A model generated the notes under the pieces. That model worked only from the letters and a program-made list of their open reading frames with translations. It ran no database searches and had not been told where the DNA came from. The translations under genes were made by a program, and so were the position numbers. A stretch of 64,000 bases of DNA, taken from NCBI GenBank assembly GCA_963702425.1, contig CAVPCQ010000016.1, positions 64,001 through 128,000 of the forward strand, in the 5' to 3' direction. Shown one piece after another: positions 42,401 through 53,196 of this stretch (position 1 is the first letter of the stretch; each line of letters opens with the position of its first letter). Source of the DNA: an uncultured Acidobacteriota bacterium (GTDB lineage Bacteria; Acidobacteriota; Polarisedimenticolia; J045).

Positions 42401-43515
42401 TTCGAGGGCTCGACCGCGGGCTGGACGCTGGGCGGCGAGTGGCAGGTCGGCGCGCCGCAGGGCGAAGGGCGGATCGGGCGGCAGTCTCCCCGACCCGACC
42501 AGGGCGTACAACAACGGCAAGGTGCTGGGACACGACCTGACAGGCCTCGGCGGCAACCCGGGGGCCTACGAGCCGAGCCGCACCGAGAAGGCGCGCTCCC
42601 CGAACCAGAATGCGACGACCTGGCACAACACCAGGCTGCTGCTCTACCGCCAGCTCAACGCCGGCGACGGCGACGAGGCCTCGCTCTGGCTGTACGCGGG
42701 CCCGGGCCTCCCGCTGTTCCGCAGCACCGGCGCGGTGATCGAGGGCGACTGGTCGCTCCAGACCTTCGACATCGCGTCGCAGGTGGACGGGAAGCCGGTC
42801 GTCTCGCTCGAGTTCAGCCAGAGGTCGGACGCGTCGGGCCAGTTCTCCGGCTGGAACGTCGACGAGATCGTCTTCAAGGACGGCACCAAGCCCGACTACG
42901 GACCCTGCGGCGGATGCAGCGGGGCGCCCACGTTCAGCGGGGCGGTCTCGGCGCTGGACAACAACGCCTGCGGCGCCGGTGGGGTGACGGTCAGCTGGAC
43001 TGCGGCCCCGGCCTGGGGTACCGGCAGTGCCGGGACCTACGCCGTCTACCGCGACACGACACCCGTCTTCACGCCGTCCGCCGCCAACCGCGTCGCCGCC
43101 GGCCTGGGCGGCCTCTCGTTCAACGACGCCGCGGCCCCGAACGGCGCGCTCTACTACCTCGTGCGCGCGGAGAACGACGAGACCTGCTCCTCCGGCCCGA
43201 ACAACGGGGGGCTCACGGACGCCAACGCGCACACCGTGCCGGTGACGAACACGGCGACCCGCCCGCTGCCGGGCGCGATCGGATCGCTCGCGGTCTCGGT
43301 CGTCGGGGGCAGCCACCTGCGGCTCTCCTGGAGCGCGCCAGCCGACGCCAGCGGCTACCGCATCTACCGCTCGACCTCGCCGCTCCCTGCGTCGTTCGCA
43401 GGCGGTCGGCGACACGGCGGGGCTGACCTGGGACGACACCGGCCGCGCGGCCGATGCGTCGACCTACTTCTACCTGGTCCGCGGGACCAACCCCTGCGGG
43501 CAGGAGGGGCCCTGA
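39470..43515 (+). CDS. secreted S8 subtilisin-like serine protease + same multidomain tail (several frameshifts ~41850-42490 and ~43400)
   Basis: Triad IDTG / HGSHCAG / GTSMATPH, oxyanion AAGN; tail segments homologous to the two upstream proteases; ends QEGP TGA 43513-43515. Confidence 0.85.
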
Positions 43516-43538
43516 TCGCGGGACGGGGCCTGATTCTG

Positions 43539-43612
43539 GTAGGGGCCGGCCTCTGTGCCGGCCCGCCCGTCGCCGACCGGCATTGCGGGCCGGCACAGAG
43601 GCCGGCCCCTAC
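43539..43612. repeat. REP inverted pair (REPIN-like)
   Basis: GTAGGGGCCGGCCTCTGTGCCGGCCC 43539-43564 and exact reverse complement 43587-43612. Confidence 0.9.
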
Positions 43613-43645
43613 CGTCGGCGGCGGGCGCGAGGGACAATCCCCGCC

Positions 43646-45811
43646 GTGCGCGCCGCCGCCCTGCTCCTGCTCGCCGCCGCCGGCCTGGCCGGGGCCGCCG
43701 TCGCCGCGCCCCCCGCCGCGCCCCCGAACCCGCCCGCCGCCGCGACCCCCCGCCCCAGCCTCCTGCTCGTCACCTTCGACACGACCCGCGCCGATCGCAT
43801 CGGCTGCTACGGCGCGAAGGACGCCGCCACCCCGGCGCTCGACGGCCTGGCCCGGCGCGGCGTGCGCTTCGCCGAGGCGCTCTCCCCTGCCCCGCTGACC
43901 CTCCCCGCCCACGCCTCGATCCTGACCGGCCGGTCCCCGCGCGAGCACGGCGCGCGCGACAACGAGGGCTACCGGCTGGCCGAGGCGCAGGTCACGCTGG
44001 CCGAGCGGCTGCAGGCGGCGGGCTACACGACGGCGGCCTTCGTCGGCGCGGCGGTGCTCGATCGCATCACCGGCATCGGGCAGGGGTTCGCGACCTTCGA
44101 CGACCAGGTGCGCGTCGGGCCCGAGCGCTGGTTCGCCTGGCAGGAACGCGCGGCCCAGCAGGTGGTCGACGCGGTCGACGCGCGGCTGGCCGGGCTGAAG
44201 CCGCCCTTCTTCCTGTGGGTCCACTTCTACGACCCGCACCTGCCCTACGTTCCCCCCGAGCCCTGGGCGGCGCGCTTCGCGAAGAGCCCCTACGACGGCG
44301 AGATCGCCTACGCCGACGCGCAGCTCGCGCGGCTGCTGGCGCGGCTGGCGGCGCGCGGGCTCGACCGCAGCCTCGTCGTCGCCGTCGCCGGCGATCACGG
44401 CGAGAGCCTGGGCGAGCACGGCGAGCCGGCGCACGACGTCTTCGTCTACCAGGCGACGCAGCGCGTGCCGCTGATCCTCGCCGGGCCGGGGGTCGCGGCC
44501 GGGCGCGTCGTCGAACAGCGGGTCGGACTGGTCGATCTGGCGCCGACGCTGGCCGAGCTGCTGGGCGTTCCCTTCCCGGAAGCGAGCGGGCGCTCGCAGG
44601 CCCCCTGGATCCGGCCGGCTCCCGCGCCGCCGAAGCCCGCCGAGCCGCGCCTTCTCGAGATCGAGAGCGTCTTCCCGGCGCGCGCCTACGGCTGGGCGCC
44701 GCTCTTCGGCGCCGTGCAGGGGAATCTCAAGTACATCGACGCCCCGCGGCCGGAGCTGTACGACCTGGCGCGCGACCCGCGGGAGTCGACGAACCTGCTC
44801 GACGGCGCGTCGCGCGACGCCGCCGCGCGCGACGCGATCGACCGCGGACGGGCGCTGGCCGCGCGGGTCCACGAGCTGTTCGCGAAGGACGCTGCCGCCC
44901 TCGCTGCGGGGGACGCGCCGGCGGGCGAGGCCGTCGTCGATCCCGAGCAGCGCGAGCGGCTCGCCGCGCTCGGTTACGCGGGCGGCTCGGCGTCGCGGCC
45001 GGGCGACCCGCGGATCGATCCCAAGGACGGCATGACCTTCATCGGCGACCTCGACCGCGCCCGCGAGCGGCTGCAGCGGGGCGACCCGAAGGAGGCCGCC
45101 GCGCTCGCCGCCCGCGTGCTCGCGAGGAACCCGCAGAACCTCCCGGCGCGACTCGCGCTGGGCCAGGCGCAGCTCGCGTCGGGCGACGCGCGGGCCGCGC
45201 AGGCGACCTTCGAGCAGGCGATCGCCCGCGCGCCCGACGACCCGCTGCCGCGGCTGCAGCTCGGCAACGCGCTGCGCCGCCTGGGCGCGACCGATCCCGC
45301 CGCGGCCAAGGCCGCGGCCGAGAGCTACCGCGAAGCGCTCGCGCTGCAGCCGCGCCACGCCCCGACCGTCTACGCGCTGGCCTCGCTGCTGGTCGAGCGC
45401 GGCGACCTCGCGGGCGCCTGCGCCGTGCTCGAGGATGCCGAGCGGCGCGGCGTCGCCGACGGCGCGCTCCTGACGCTGCGCGGTGCGAGCGAGGCGGCGC
45501 GCGGCCGCGCCGAGGCCGCCGACGCCGCCTTCGCGCGCGCGCTGGCGCTCGACCCGTCGGCGGCGCAGGCGCTGGAAGCGCGCGGCAAGCTGGCGTACGC
45601 ACGCGGCGACGCGGCGGCGGCGGCGGGGTTCTACCGGCAGGCCCTGGCCGTCGAGCCGTCGGCCGCGCTGGCGCGCACGCTCGGCGCGATCCTCTGGTTC
45701 GACCTGAAGGACGCCGCCGGTGCGCGGGCCGCCCTGCAGCAGGCGCTCGTGCTGGAACCGGCCGGCCCGGACGCGGACGAGGTCCGCGCCCTCCTGGCGG
45801 AGATCCGCTGA
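43646..45811 (+). CDS. sulfatase-like hydrolase with C-terminal TPR repeats
   Basis: DTTRAD, TLPAHASILTG, HFYDPH, YDGEI, GDHGE; Ala-rich TPR repeats. Confidence 0.88.
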   Translation: MRAAALLLLAAAGLAGAAVAAPPAAPPNPPAAATPRPSLLLVTFDTTRADRIGCYGAKDAATPALDGLARRGVRFAEALSPAPLTLPAHASILTGRSPREHGARDNEGYRLAEAQVTLAERLQAAGYTTAAFVGAAVLDRITGIGQGFATFDDQVRVGPERWFAWQERAAQQVVDAVDARLAGLKPPFFLWVHFYDPHLPYVPPEPWAARFAKSPYDGEIAYADAQLARLLARLAARGLDRSLVVAVAGDHGESLGEHGEPAHDVFVYQATQRVPLILAGPGVAAGRVVEQRVGLVDLAPTLAELLGVPFPEASGRSQAPWIRPAPAPPKPAEPRLLEIESVFPARAYGWAPLFGAVQGNLKYIDAPRPELYDLARDPRESTNLLDGASRDAAARDAIDRGRALAARVHELFAKDAAALAAGDAPAGEAVVDPEQRERLAALGYAGGSASRPGDPRIDPKDGMTFIGDLDRARERLQRGDPKEAAALAARVLARNPQNLPARLALGQAQLASGDARAAQATFEQAIARAPDDPLPRLQLGNALRRLGATDPAAAKAAAESYREALALQPRHAPTVYALASLLVERGDLAGACAVLEDAERRGVADGALLTLRGASEAARGRAEAADAAFARALALDPSAAQALEARGKLAYARGDAAAAAGFYRQALAVEPSAALARTLGAILWFDLKDAAGARAALQQALVLEPAGPDADEVRALLAEIR

Positions 45812-46776
45812 TGGAAGTCCTCGAGCTGGCGCGCACCAACCTGCTCTCGCCGATCGTGCTGGCGTTCGTGCTGGGCGTGATCGCGACGCTGGTGAAGAGC
45901 GACCTCGAGATTCCCGAGCCGCTGGTGCAGGGGCTGTCGATCTACCTGCTGCTGGCGATCGGGATCAAGGGCGGCGCGGCCCTGTCCGAGGCCAGCCTGG
46001 CCCAGCTCGCCGGGCCGGCGCTCGCGACGATTCTGCTCGGCGTCGCGATCCCGGTCGTCTGCTACGCCGTCCTGCGCCGGGTCGGGAAGTTCGCGGCCGC
46101 CGACGCGGGAGCGGTCGCGGCGGCGTTCGGCTCGGTCTCGGTCGTGACCTTCATCGCCGCCAACACGCTCGGCCAGCTGCGCGGCACGCCGCCGGAGGGG
46201 TTCATGCCGGCGCTGGTCGCGATGCTGGAGGTCCCCGGCATCCTCGTCGCGCTCGGCCTGGCGGCCAGCGCGGAGCATCGCAAGGAGCCCTGGGGCGCGG
46301 TGCTGCGCGAGACGCTCTTCGGCCAGAGCATCGTCTGCCTGCTCGGCGGGCTCGTGATCGGCTGGGTCACCGGCAAGCCGGGGCTCGACGAGGTCGCCGG
46401 CTTCTTCGTCACGCCGTTCAAGGGGGCGCTGGTGCTCTTCCTGCTCGAGCTGGGGATGGTGGCGGCCAAGCGGCTGCGCGACCTGCGTGCCGCCGGCCCG
46501 TTCCTGGTCGGCTTCGGGCTGGTGGCCGCCCCGGTCTTCGGGATCGCGGGCGTCTTCGCCGGCCAGCTCTCCGGGCTCTCGCCGGCGGGCGCGGCGGTGA
46601 TGGGGGCGATGGCCGGCTCGGCCTCGTACATCGCCGCCCCGGCCGCGGTCCGCGCCGGCCTGCCCGACGCCAATCCGGCCTACTACCTGCCGCTGGCGCT
46701 CGGCGTCGTCTTCCCGTTCAACCTGACGATCGGGATCCCGCTCTACTACGAGCTCGCGAAACTAACGGCGCGGTAA
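45811..46776 (+). CDS. sodium-dependent bicarbonate transport family permease (SbtA-like)
   Basis: KSDLEIP, SIYLLLAIGIKGG, GSVSVVTF, FLLELG, SASYIAAPAA, FPFNLTIGIPLY. Confidence 0.88.
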   Translation: MEVLELARTNLLSPIVLAFVLGVIATLVKSDLEIPEPLVQGLSIYLLLAIGIKGGAALSEASLAQLAGPALATILLGVAIPVVCYAVLRRVGKFAAADAGAVAAAFGSVSVVTFIAANTLGQLRGTPPEGFMPALVAMLEVPGILVALGLAASAEHRKEPWGAVLRETLFGQSIVCLLGGLVIGWVTGKPGLDEVAGFFVTPFKGALVLFLLELGMVAAKRLRDLRAAGPFLVGFGLVAAPVFGIAGVFAGQLSGLSPAGAAVMGAMAGSASYIAAPAAVRAGLPDANPAYYLPLALGVVFPFNLTIGIPLYYELAKLTAR

Positions 46777-46825
46777 GCGTATCAGGCCGCCCCATGGCGT
46801 CTCTCCTGGGCAAAGGAGAGACACC

Positions 46826-47626
46826 ATGAGCCGCTCGATCCGCACCGCCGTTCTCTCGCTCCTCGCGCTGGGCGCGATCTCCGTTGCTGCACCTCCCGCC
46901 CGGGCCGCGAGTTCCTCCCTTCCGACGATCGTCGCGCTGGTCAACGCCGGCGTCGACGGCAACGCTGCCGGCAAGGCCCGGTACGAGGTCCGCCGCGACC
47001 GCACGCGGTTCTCGGTCGAGGTCGAGAAGCTCGACGCCGGGAGCTACGAGCTTCGGGTCGGCGGCGCCGCGCAAGCATCGCTCGCCGTGAACTCGCTCGG
47101 CCGCGGCAAGGCCGAGTTCTCGACCAAGCGCACCGGCGCCGACCGGATGAAGCTGCCGCTCGACTTCGATCCCAGCGGGCAGCTGATCGAGGTCGTGCAG
47201 GGCGGCACCGTGTTCCTGTCCGTCGTCTTCCCGAGTGCCACGGGCGGCAACGGTTCGGGCGGCGGCAGCGGCTCGGGCGGCGGCGGCGGCGTCCCGGCCG
47301 ACCAGCGCACCCGGGTCGACCTGGTCTCGACCGGTGCGATGGCCAAGGCCAAGGGCTTCACGGAGTACCGCGTCGACTCCGGCCGGATCCGCTTCAAGGT
47401 CGAGATCGAGGACGTCCCGGCCGGATCCTACGCGGTCGCCGTCGACGGCATGCAGCGCGCCACGCTGGTGGCGGCGCGCGACGCCTCCACCGGCGAGATC
47501 CAGGGCGAGGTCCAGTTCGACACGAAGAGCGAGGCCGGCAAGCTCCCGCTCACCTTCGACCCGCGCGGCAAGCTGGTCGCGGTGCAGGACGGGGCCACGA
47601 CGATCCTGCAGGTCGTCTTCCCCTGA
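46826..47626 (+). CDS. secreted hypothetical protein with two tandem ~105-aa beta repeats and a Gly/Ser linker
   Basis: Signal peptide; RFSVEVE..GSY..KLPLDFDP..VVFP and RFKVEIE..GSY..KLPLTFDP..VVFP. Confidence 0.8.
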   Translation: MSRSIRTAVLSLLALGAISVAAPPARAASSSLPTIVALVNAGVDGNAAGKARYEVRRDRTRFSVEVEKLDAGSYELRVGGAAQASLAVNSLGRGKAEFSTKRTGADRMKLPLDFDPSGQLIEVVQGGTVFLSVVFPSATGGNGSGGGSGSGGGGGVPADQRTRVDLVSTGAMAKAKGFTEYRVDSGRIRFKVEIEDVPAGSYAVAVDGMQRATLVAARDASTGEIQGEVQFDTKSEAGKLPLTFDPRGKLVAVQDGATTILQVVFP

Positions 47627-47786
47627 GGTTTCAAGGGGCCCCTCCCCCGGGGCCCGCCCCAGCCCGTCCCCGGGACCCCCCTCCCGGGGGCGGGCGTTCT
47701 CCTGCCGGATTCGGGCTGGTCCCCCGCGCGGCACGAGGCGCCCGTCCGCGCTTTCGTTGGGAATGGAACGGTTGCCGGGGGGCATG

Positions 47787-48353
47787 TCAGCGGCGTGGAC
47801 CAGCGGCATCACGGCCGTGCCGGCCCGTGTGCTGCGCACTCCTGAGTGGCCACACCACTTCACCACGACGAGAAGCGGGCTCCAGCAGTACGACTGCCTT
47901 CTCTGCCAGCCGGCGAGCGGACTCAGTTCGCCCGCCGACAAGATAGCGCCGGATAGCCGTTGCGGGATCTTCACCTTCGTTGGCGTCGATGGAGCGGCCG
48001 ATGAGATCGACGCAGCGCCCAAGATACTCGGAGCGCACCGTGGACCGACCGAACCGAGGGTCGCCCAGCGCGCGCTCGCCCCGTCGCCTGGGAGGGAAAG
48101 CGCCTTCGGGATGAAGGCGGAAGAAAGTCCACACATCCCAGTCCTTCACGCCGTTTCGGCCGTCGACGAAGTGTAGGGCCGCGCCCTGGCAAAGCGCAGT
48201 GCACAACACGCGTGCTCGATAGAGCCGGCCCCAGCGTGGATTGCGACGAAAGAACGCCTCGCGGTCTTCCGCCGCGATCAACGCCAGTCGGGCGAGAACC
48301 GCGTCGTCGATCGGCAAGTAACTGCGCTCCGTGACCCCGTTTGCGTCAGGCAT
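47787..48353 (-). CDS. hypothetical protein, possible nucleotidyltransferase fold (last cassette)
   Basis: AGGAGG RBS, ATG 31 bp after an attC-like site; CQGAALH..GVKDWDVW..RCVDLIGR. Confidence 0.65.
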   Translation of the reverse strand: MPDANGVTERSYLPIDDAVLARLALIAAEDREAFFRRNPRWGRLYRARVLCTALCQGAALHFVDGRNGVKDWDVWTFFRLHPEGAFPPRRRGERALGDPRFGRSTVRSEYLGRCVDLIGRSIDANEGEDPATAIRRYLVGGRTESARRLAEKAVVLLEPASRRGEVVWPLRSAQHTGRHGRDAAGPRR

Positions 48354-48383
48354 CGCACCTCCTGCAGAGGCGGTATTCATGCG

Positions 48384-48443
48384 GTCCAGCGCTCCGGTTC
48401 AGCGGCGGCGAGAAACGCCCTCCGCTGCATGCTGTTGTTCGGC
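48384..48443 (-). mobile_element. attC-like site A (60 bp)
   Basis: Minus strand GCCGAAC-AACAGCATGCAGCGGA...CCGCTGAACCGGAGC-GCTGGAC; imperfect palindrome homologous to the other three sites. Confidence 0.75.
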
Positions 48444-48511
48444 GCCCCCTCGCCGATGACTTGGTCCACGTGAACCGAGGGAATGTGCGCCCGAGTTGCG
48501 ATGCCCGCCGC

Positions 48512-50041
<1,530 letters not shown>

Positions 50042-50045
<4 letters not shown>

Positions 50046-51511
50046 AGGTCGGCGGTCAACTCCTCGAGGTCCTGAGGGATGTAGCCGGCGCGCTCGGCGG
50101 CGAGACGCGTGTCCGGGGAGTGGCGGGTGGCGATAGCGGCCTTCTCGACGCGCCATCCCTGGAGTCGAGCCATGTACTTCATGAAGCGCGCGACGTGGGC
50201 GTCGAAGCCGGAGAAGTCCGGGGCGAGCGCTTCGGCGGACCGTTTGCAGGTTCCCAGCCGGACGACGCGGTCGAGCTCGTTCAAGGCGACGAGATCGATC
50301 TCCGTGTCGCCCCGGTCCCAGAACCCCTGAACTCGCTGAGTCAACCGGAACCCCTCCAACCCCTTGCGGCTGCGTTCTTCGTATAGGGTGGCCACGAGCT
50401 TCTCGAAGCCGTGCCCCTCCGCATCGGCGAGGCGCTGGTCGGCCTCTTTCACGAGATCGTCGACTGGTCGGAAGTTCACCGACGCGGCGGGCGCCGCGAG
50501 GGCGGCGAGCCACGAGCGGAGGAAGTTGTCGGAGATGTAGTAGCGGCCGTTCCGCTCCGTGCTCTTCGCGAAGATCGGCTGCAGCTGCTCGACCATGCGG
50601 TAACGCTCCCGTAGAACCTTGACGTAGCCGCCGATCTGTTTCTCGGCGTCGGGCTCGACGGAGCGTGCGTGGTCGTGGATCTTCCCGTTCGTGCAGCCGG
50701 GATGACGAGCGATGTATTTGAGCACCAGGTCGTAGCGCCCGCGCAACTCACGCAGGAACCAGTTCTCGGCCTCGGTGCGCAGCGGCGACGAACTCGAGAA
50801 GAACAACTCGCGCAGGAGTTCGCGCCGGTCCGCGGACAAGACCCCTTCTTCGTAGGCGTCGCGGTAGAACTTCGGGACGCCCTCAAAGAGGTTCCAGAGG
50901 AACAGCAGGCGCTCTGCCTCGGACCTGGTGTGTGCGCGCAGAATCTCCAGCACGGACGCGATGTCCAGGTGAGGGACATCGAGGGAGTGCGTCAGCCGTG
51001 CGAACAGAGGTGCGCCTCGGTCCTCCAGGAGGGCCGCCATCTCGGTGTGGATCGACCCCAGGACGACCAGGCCGCCTTCGACCTCGGCCGCGTCCCGCGC
51101 GAGCCGGTCGACCTCCAGCTGCAGGTGCGAGGTGAATTCGAACAGCGCCTTGCGGTGGAAGTACTGGAACTCGTCGACGGCGACGACGTAACCGCGCCGG
51201 ACGAGCTCGCCGATCGAGGAGGCGAGCGACCGGAGGTCCGTGGGCGGAGGGACGTCGACTCGGAACAGCTCGAAAAAGTCGCGCGCGGTGGCGACCACGC
51301 CGGCCGGGTCCGAGTCGGGCACCTGGATGTACAGGACCTTCTCGTGGCCCTCCGCCTGGAGGGCCTGCTGGACCAGGCTGGTCTTTCCGATGCGGCGCCG
51401 GCCGGACACCTTGAGGAAGAACCAGCGCCGGCGGCGGAGGATTCCCCGGAGGGTGTCCAACTCGTCGCGACGGCCGTAAAAGGCCCATTTGCCTGAGTTT
51501 AGAGCGTTCAT
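50042..51511 (-). CDS. archaeal-type AAA ATPase with wHTH and C-terminal DUF234/PD-(D/E)XK-like domain
   Basis: FYGRRDEL, Walker A GRRRIGKT, Walker B VDEFQ, GVPKFY, DNFLRSW, WDRGDTEIDLVA..GTCK. Confidence 0.85.
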
Positions 51512-51513
51512 AG

Positions 51514-51541
51514 ATTTAAGGTAAAAACTTTTACCTTAAAC
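51514..51541. promoter_or_regulatory. AT-rich perfect inverted repeat (operator or dif-like site) just upstream of the ATPase start
   Basis: TTTAAGGTAAAA-AC-TTTTACCTTAAA (51515-51540). Confidence 0.65.
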
Positions 51542-51579
51542 TTGGCGGCCATGCAAGCCCTTTCTGGGGCCCGCGTCGA

Positions 51580-53196
51580 TCAGGCGCGGGCGTTCGTCCT
51601 GACCCGCGCGCGGCGAGGGCTCCGCGCCGTCTCGTCGCCGGTGGATTTGCGCTCGGCGCGGATGCGTTCGAGGAGGACGGACGCGGGCTCGTCGGTTGGG
51701 TCCTGGTCCACGAGGCGGCCCTCGAAGGCCCACTTGAGGATGGATTGGCGGAGGCGGGAGCAGCGGACAACTTCGCGTCGACATCGCTCCTAGCAAAGCG
51801 TCGGCCACAGAGAGGTGCGCTCGACCACCGAGTCGCGTATTCGCCGCTGCTCGGCGCGCGGAGGAACGGGGACGGGGAGTCCGCGAAGCTTCGTCATGTT
51901 GATCGACCTAGGTTCGTGGTGTGCTTGCCCTCGTCGAAGAAGTACTGCTGCCCGGCCTGTGTTGCCGTACCAAGAGAGCAGCTCGGGAAGAAGATCATCC
52001 GTAAGGATGCGAGCCCGAAACACATGGTTCTGATGGATGCACTCAGGCAACTCTTCTCTCCAGATCCACCCTCGACCAAGCTTGTCTCTGTCGCCGCCTT
52101 CGTTGAACAGCACGTCGCCCGGCTCCAAGCGCAGTTCCGCGACCTGCGATTCGCTAGCCTCAATGGTCTTCATCTCCGAAAGATCCAAGAAGCCGCGCTG
52201 AACGTTCGCGACCCGGAGATACGGAACCGCCCGATAGTGTTCCTCCTTCTTGGGCTTCTGTCCCTTGGTGATCCCCCCCCTCACCGTGGCTAGCATGTCC
52301 AGCGTCGCCCAGCACCATCCCTCCGGCAGCTCGGGCAGCTCGCTCGTATCCGGCGCGACCGGCTCCACGTACTTCGCCTTCCACTTGTCGTCCTTCGGCG
52401 CTTGGCCCTTGGTCGTCATCTTCGCCAGCTCGGCTTCCTCCCAGCGGCGGCGGCGTTCGGCGAGGATTCGCGAGAGGAGCACCGAGGCCGGCTCGTAGCT
52501 TCGGCCCTCGGCGCGGGCCAGCTCCGCCTCGGTCGGTACCAGCCGCCCTTCGACGGCAGCCTTGAGCACCGAGGCCCGGTAGCGCTTCAGGTTGCGCTGC
52601 ACCCGCTCCAGCGTCGCCACCGCGTCGTCGAGCCGAGTGAAGTAGGACTCGATGGCGGAGACGATGCGGTGCTGTTCGGGGAGGGGCGCCAGCACTACGG
52701 GCAACCTCTTGAAGCGGCCGTGGGTCAGATTGAGCCCGCTATCGCTGATCCCCGTCTTCATCCGGTCGATAGCCGCCTGTGCCGGGTTTGCCAGGAGGTA
52801 GGATTCAAGGTAGCGGGGTTCGACGAGGCCCTGTCGCGCTCGGAAGCGGTACATCTTGCCTGACAGGATCAAACGGGGGCGCGTTTCACGGACGAGGCAC
52901 GGCACGCCGCACCGTGCACGGGGGCCTGCGCAGGTTAGAAGTAGGTCACCGGCCTGGACCTCAAGGTTCGTCCGGGGGGACAGCTCGTCCGGAAGCCTCT
53001 TGTTGTGCTCGTCGTGAAAGGCCCCGGGCTGAATCGAGGTCGTTTTCAAGACCCCCCATTCATCCTCCGAGCGCGCAGGCTCCTTGTGACACTGCGGACT
53101 CCATCCGTGATCAAGCAACTGCCCCTCAGCCAGCGGCTCAAGCAACTCCGCGATCGGAGCAACAATCCAGCTTGCCGGGGTCTCAGGCGCGCTCAT
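51580..53196 (-). CDS. hsdS: type I R-M specificity subunit (frameshifts ~51770-51960)
   Basis: Two TRDs, PLPEQHRIV, LKAAVEGRL, EPASVLL, LPEGWCW, PPRAEQRRI; true tail LRQSILKWAFEGRL..EPASVLLERI ends at TGA 51580. Confidence 0.9.

Noticed and set aside
35090-43420. Programmed frameshifting or phase variation in the protease genes
   Set aside because: The indels are not in slippery sites or long homopolymers and also occur in unrelated genes; assembly error is simpler
43555-46776. 1073-aa ORF as one protein
   Set aside because: Only the part from ATG 45811 is protein-like (SbtA); the rest is an off-frame read of the sulfatase gene
47630-47830. Fifth attC site after the last cassette
   Set aside because: Only a short GCCGCTGA match and GC-rich hairpins; no paired R boxes or GCAGCGGA arm
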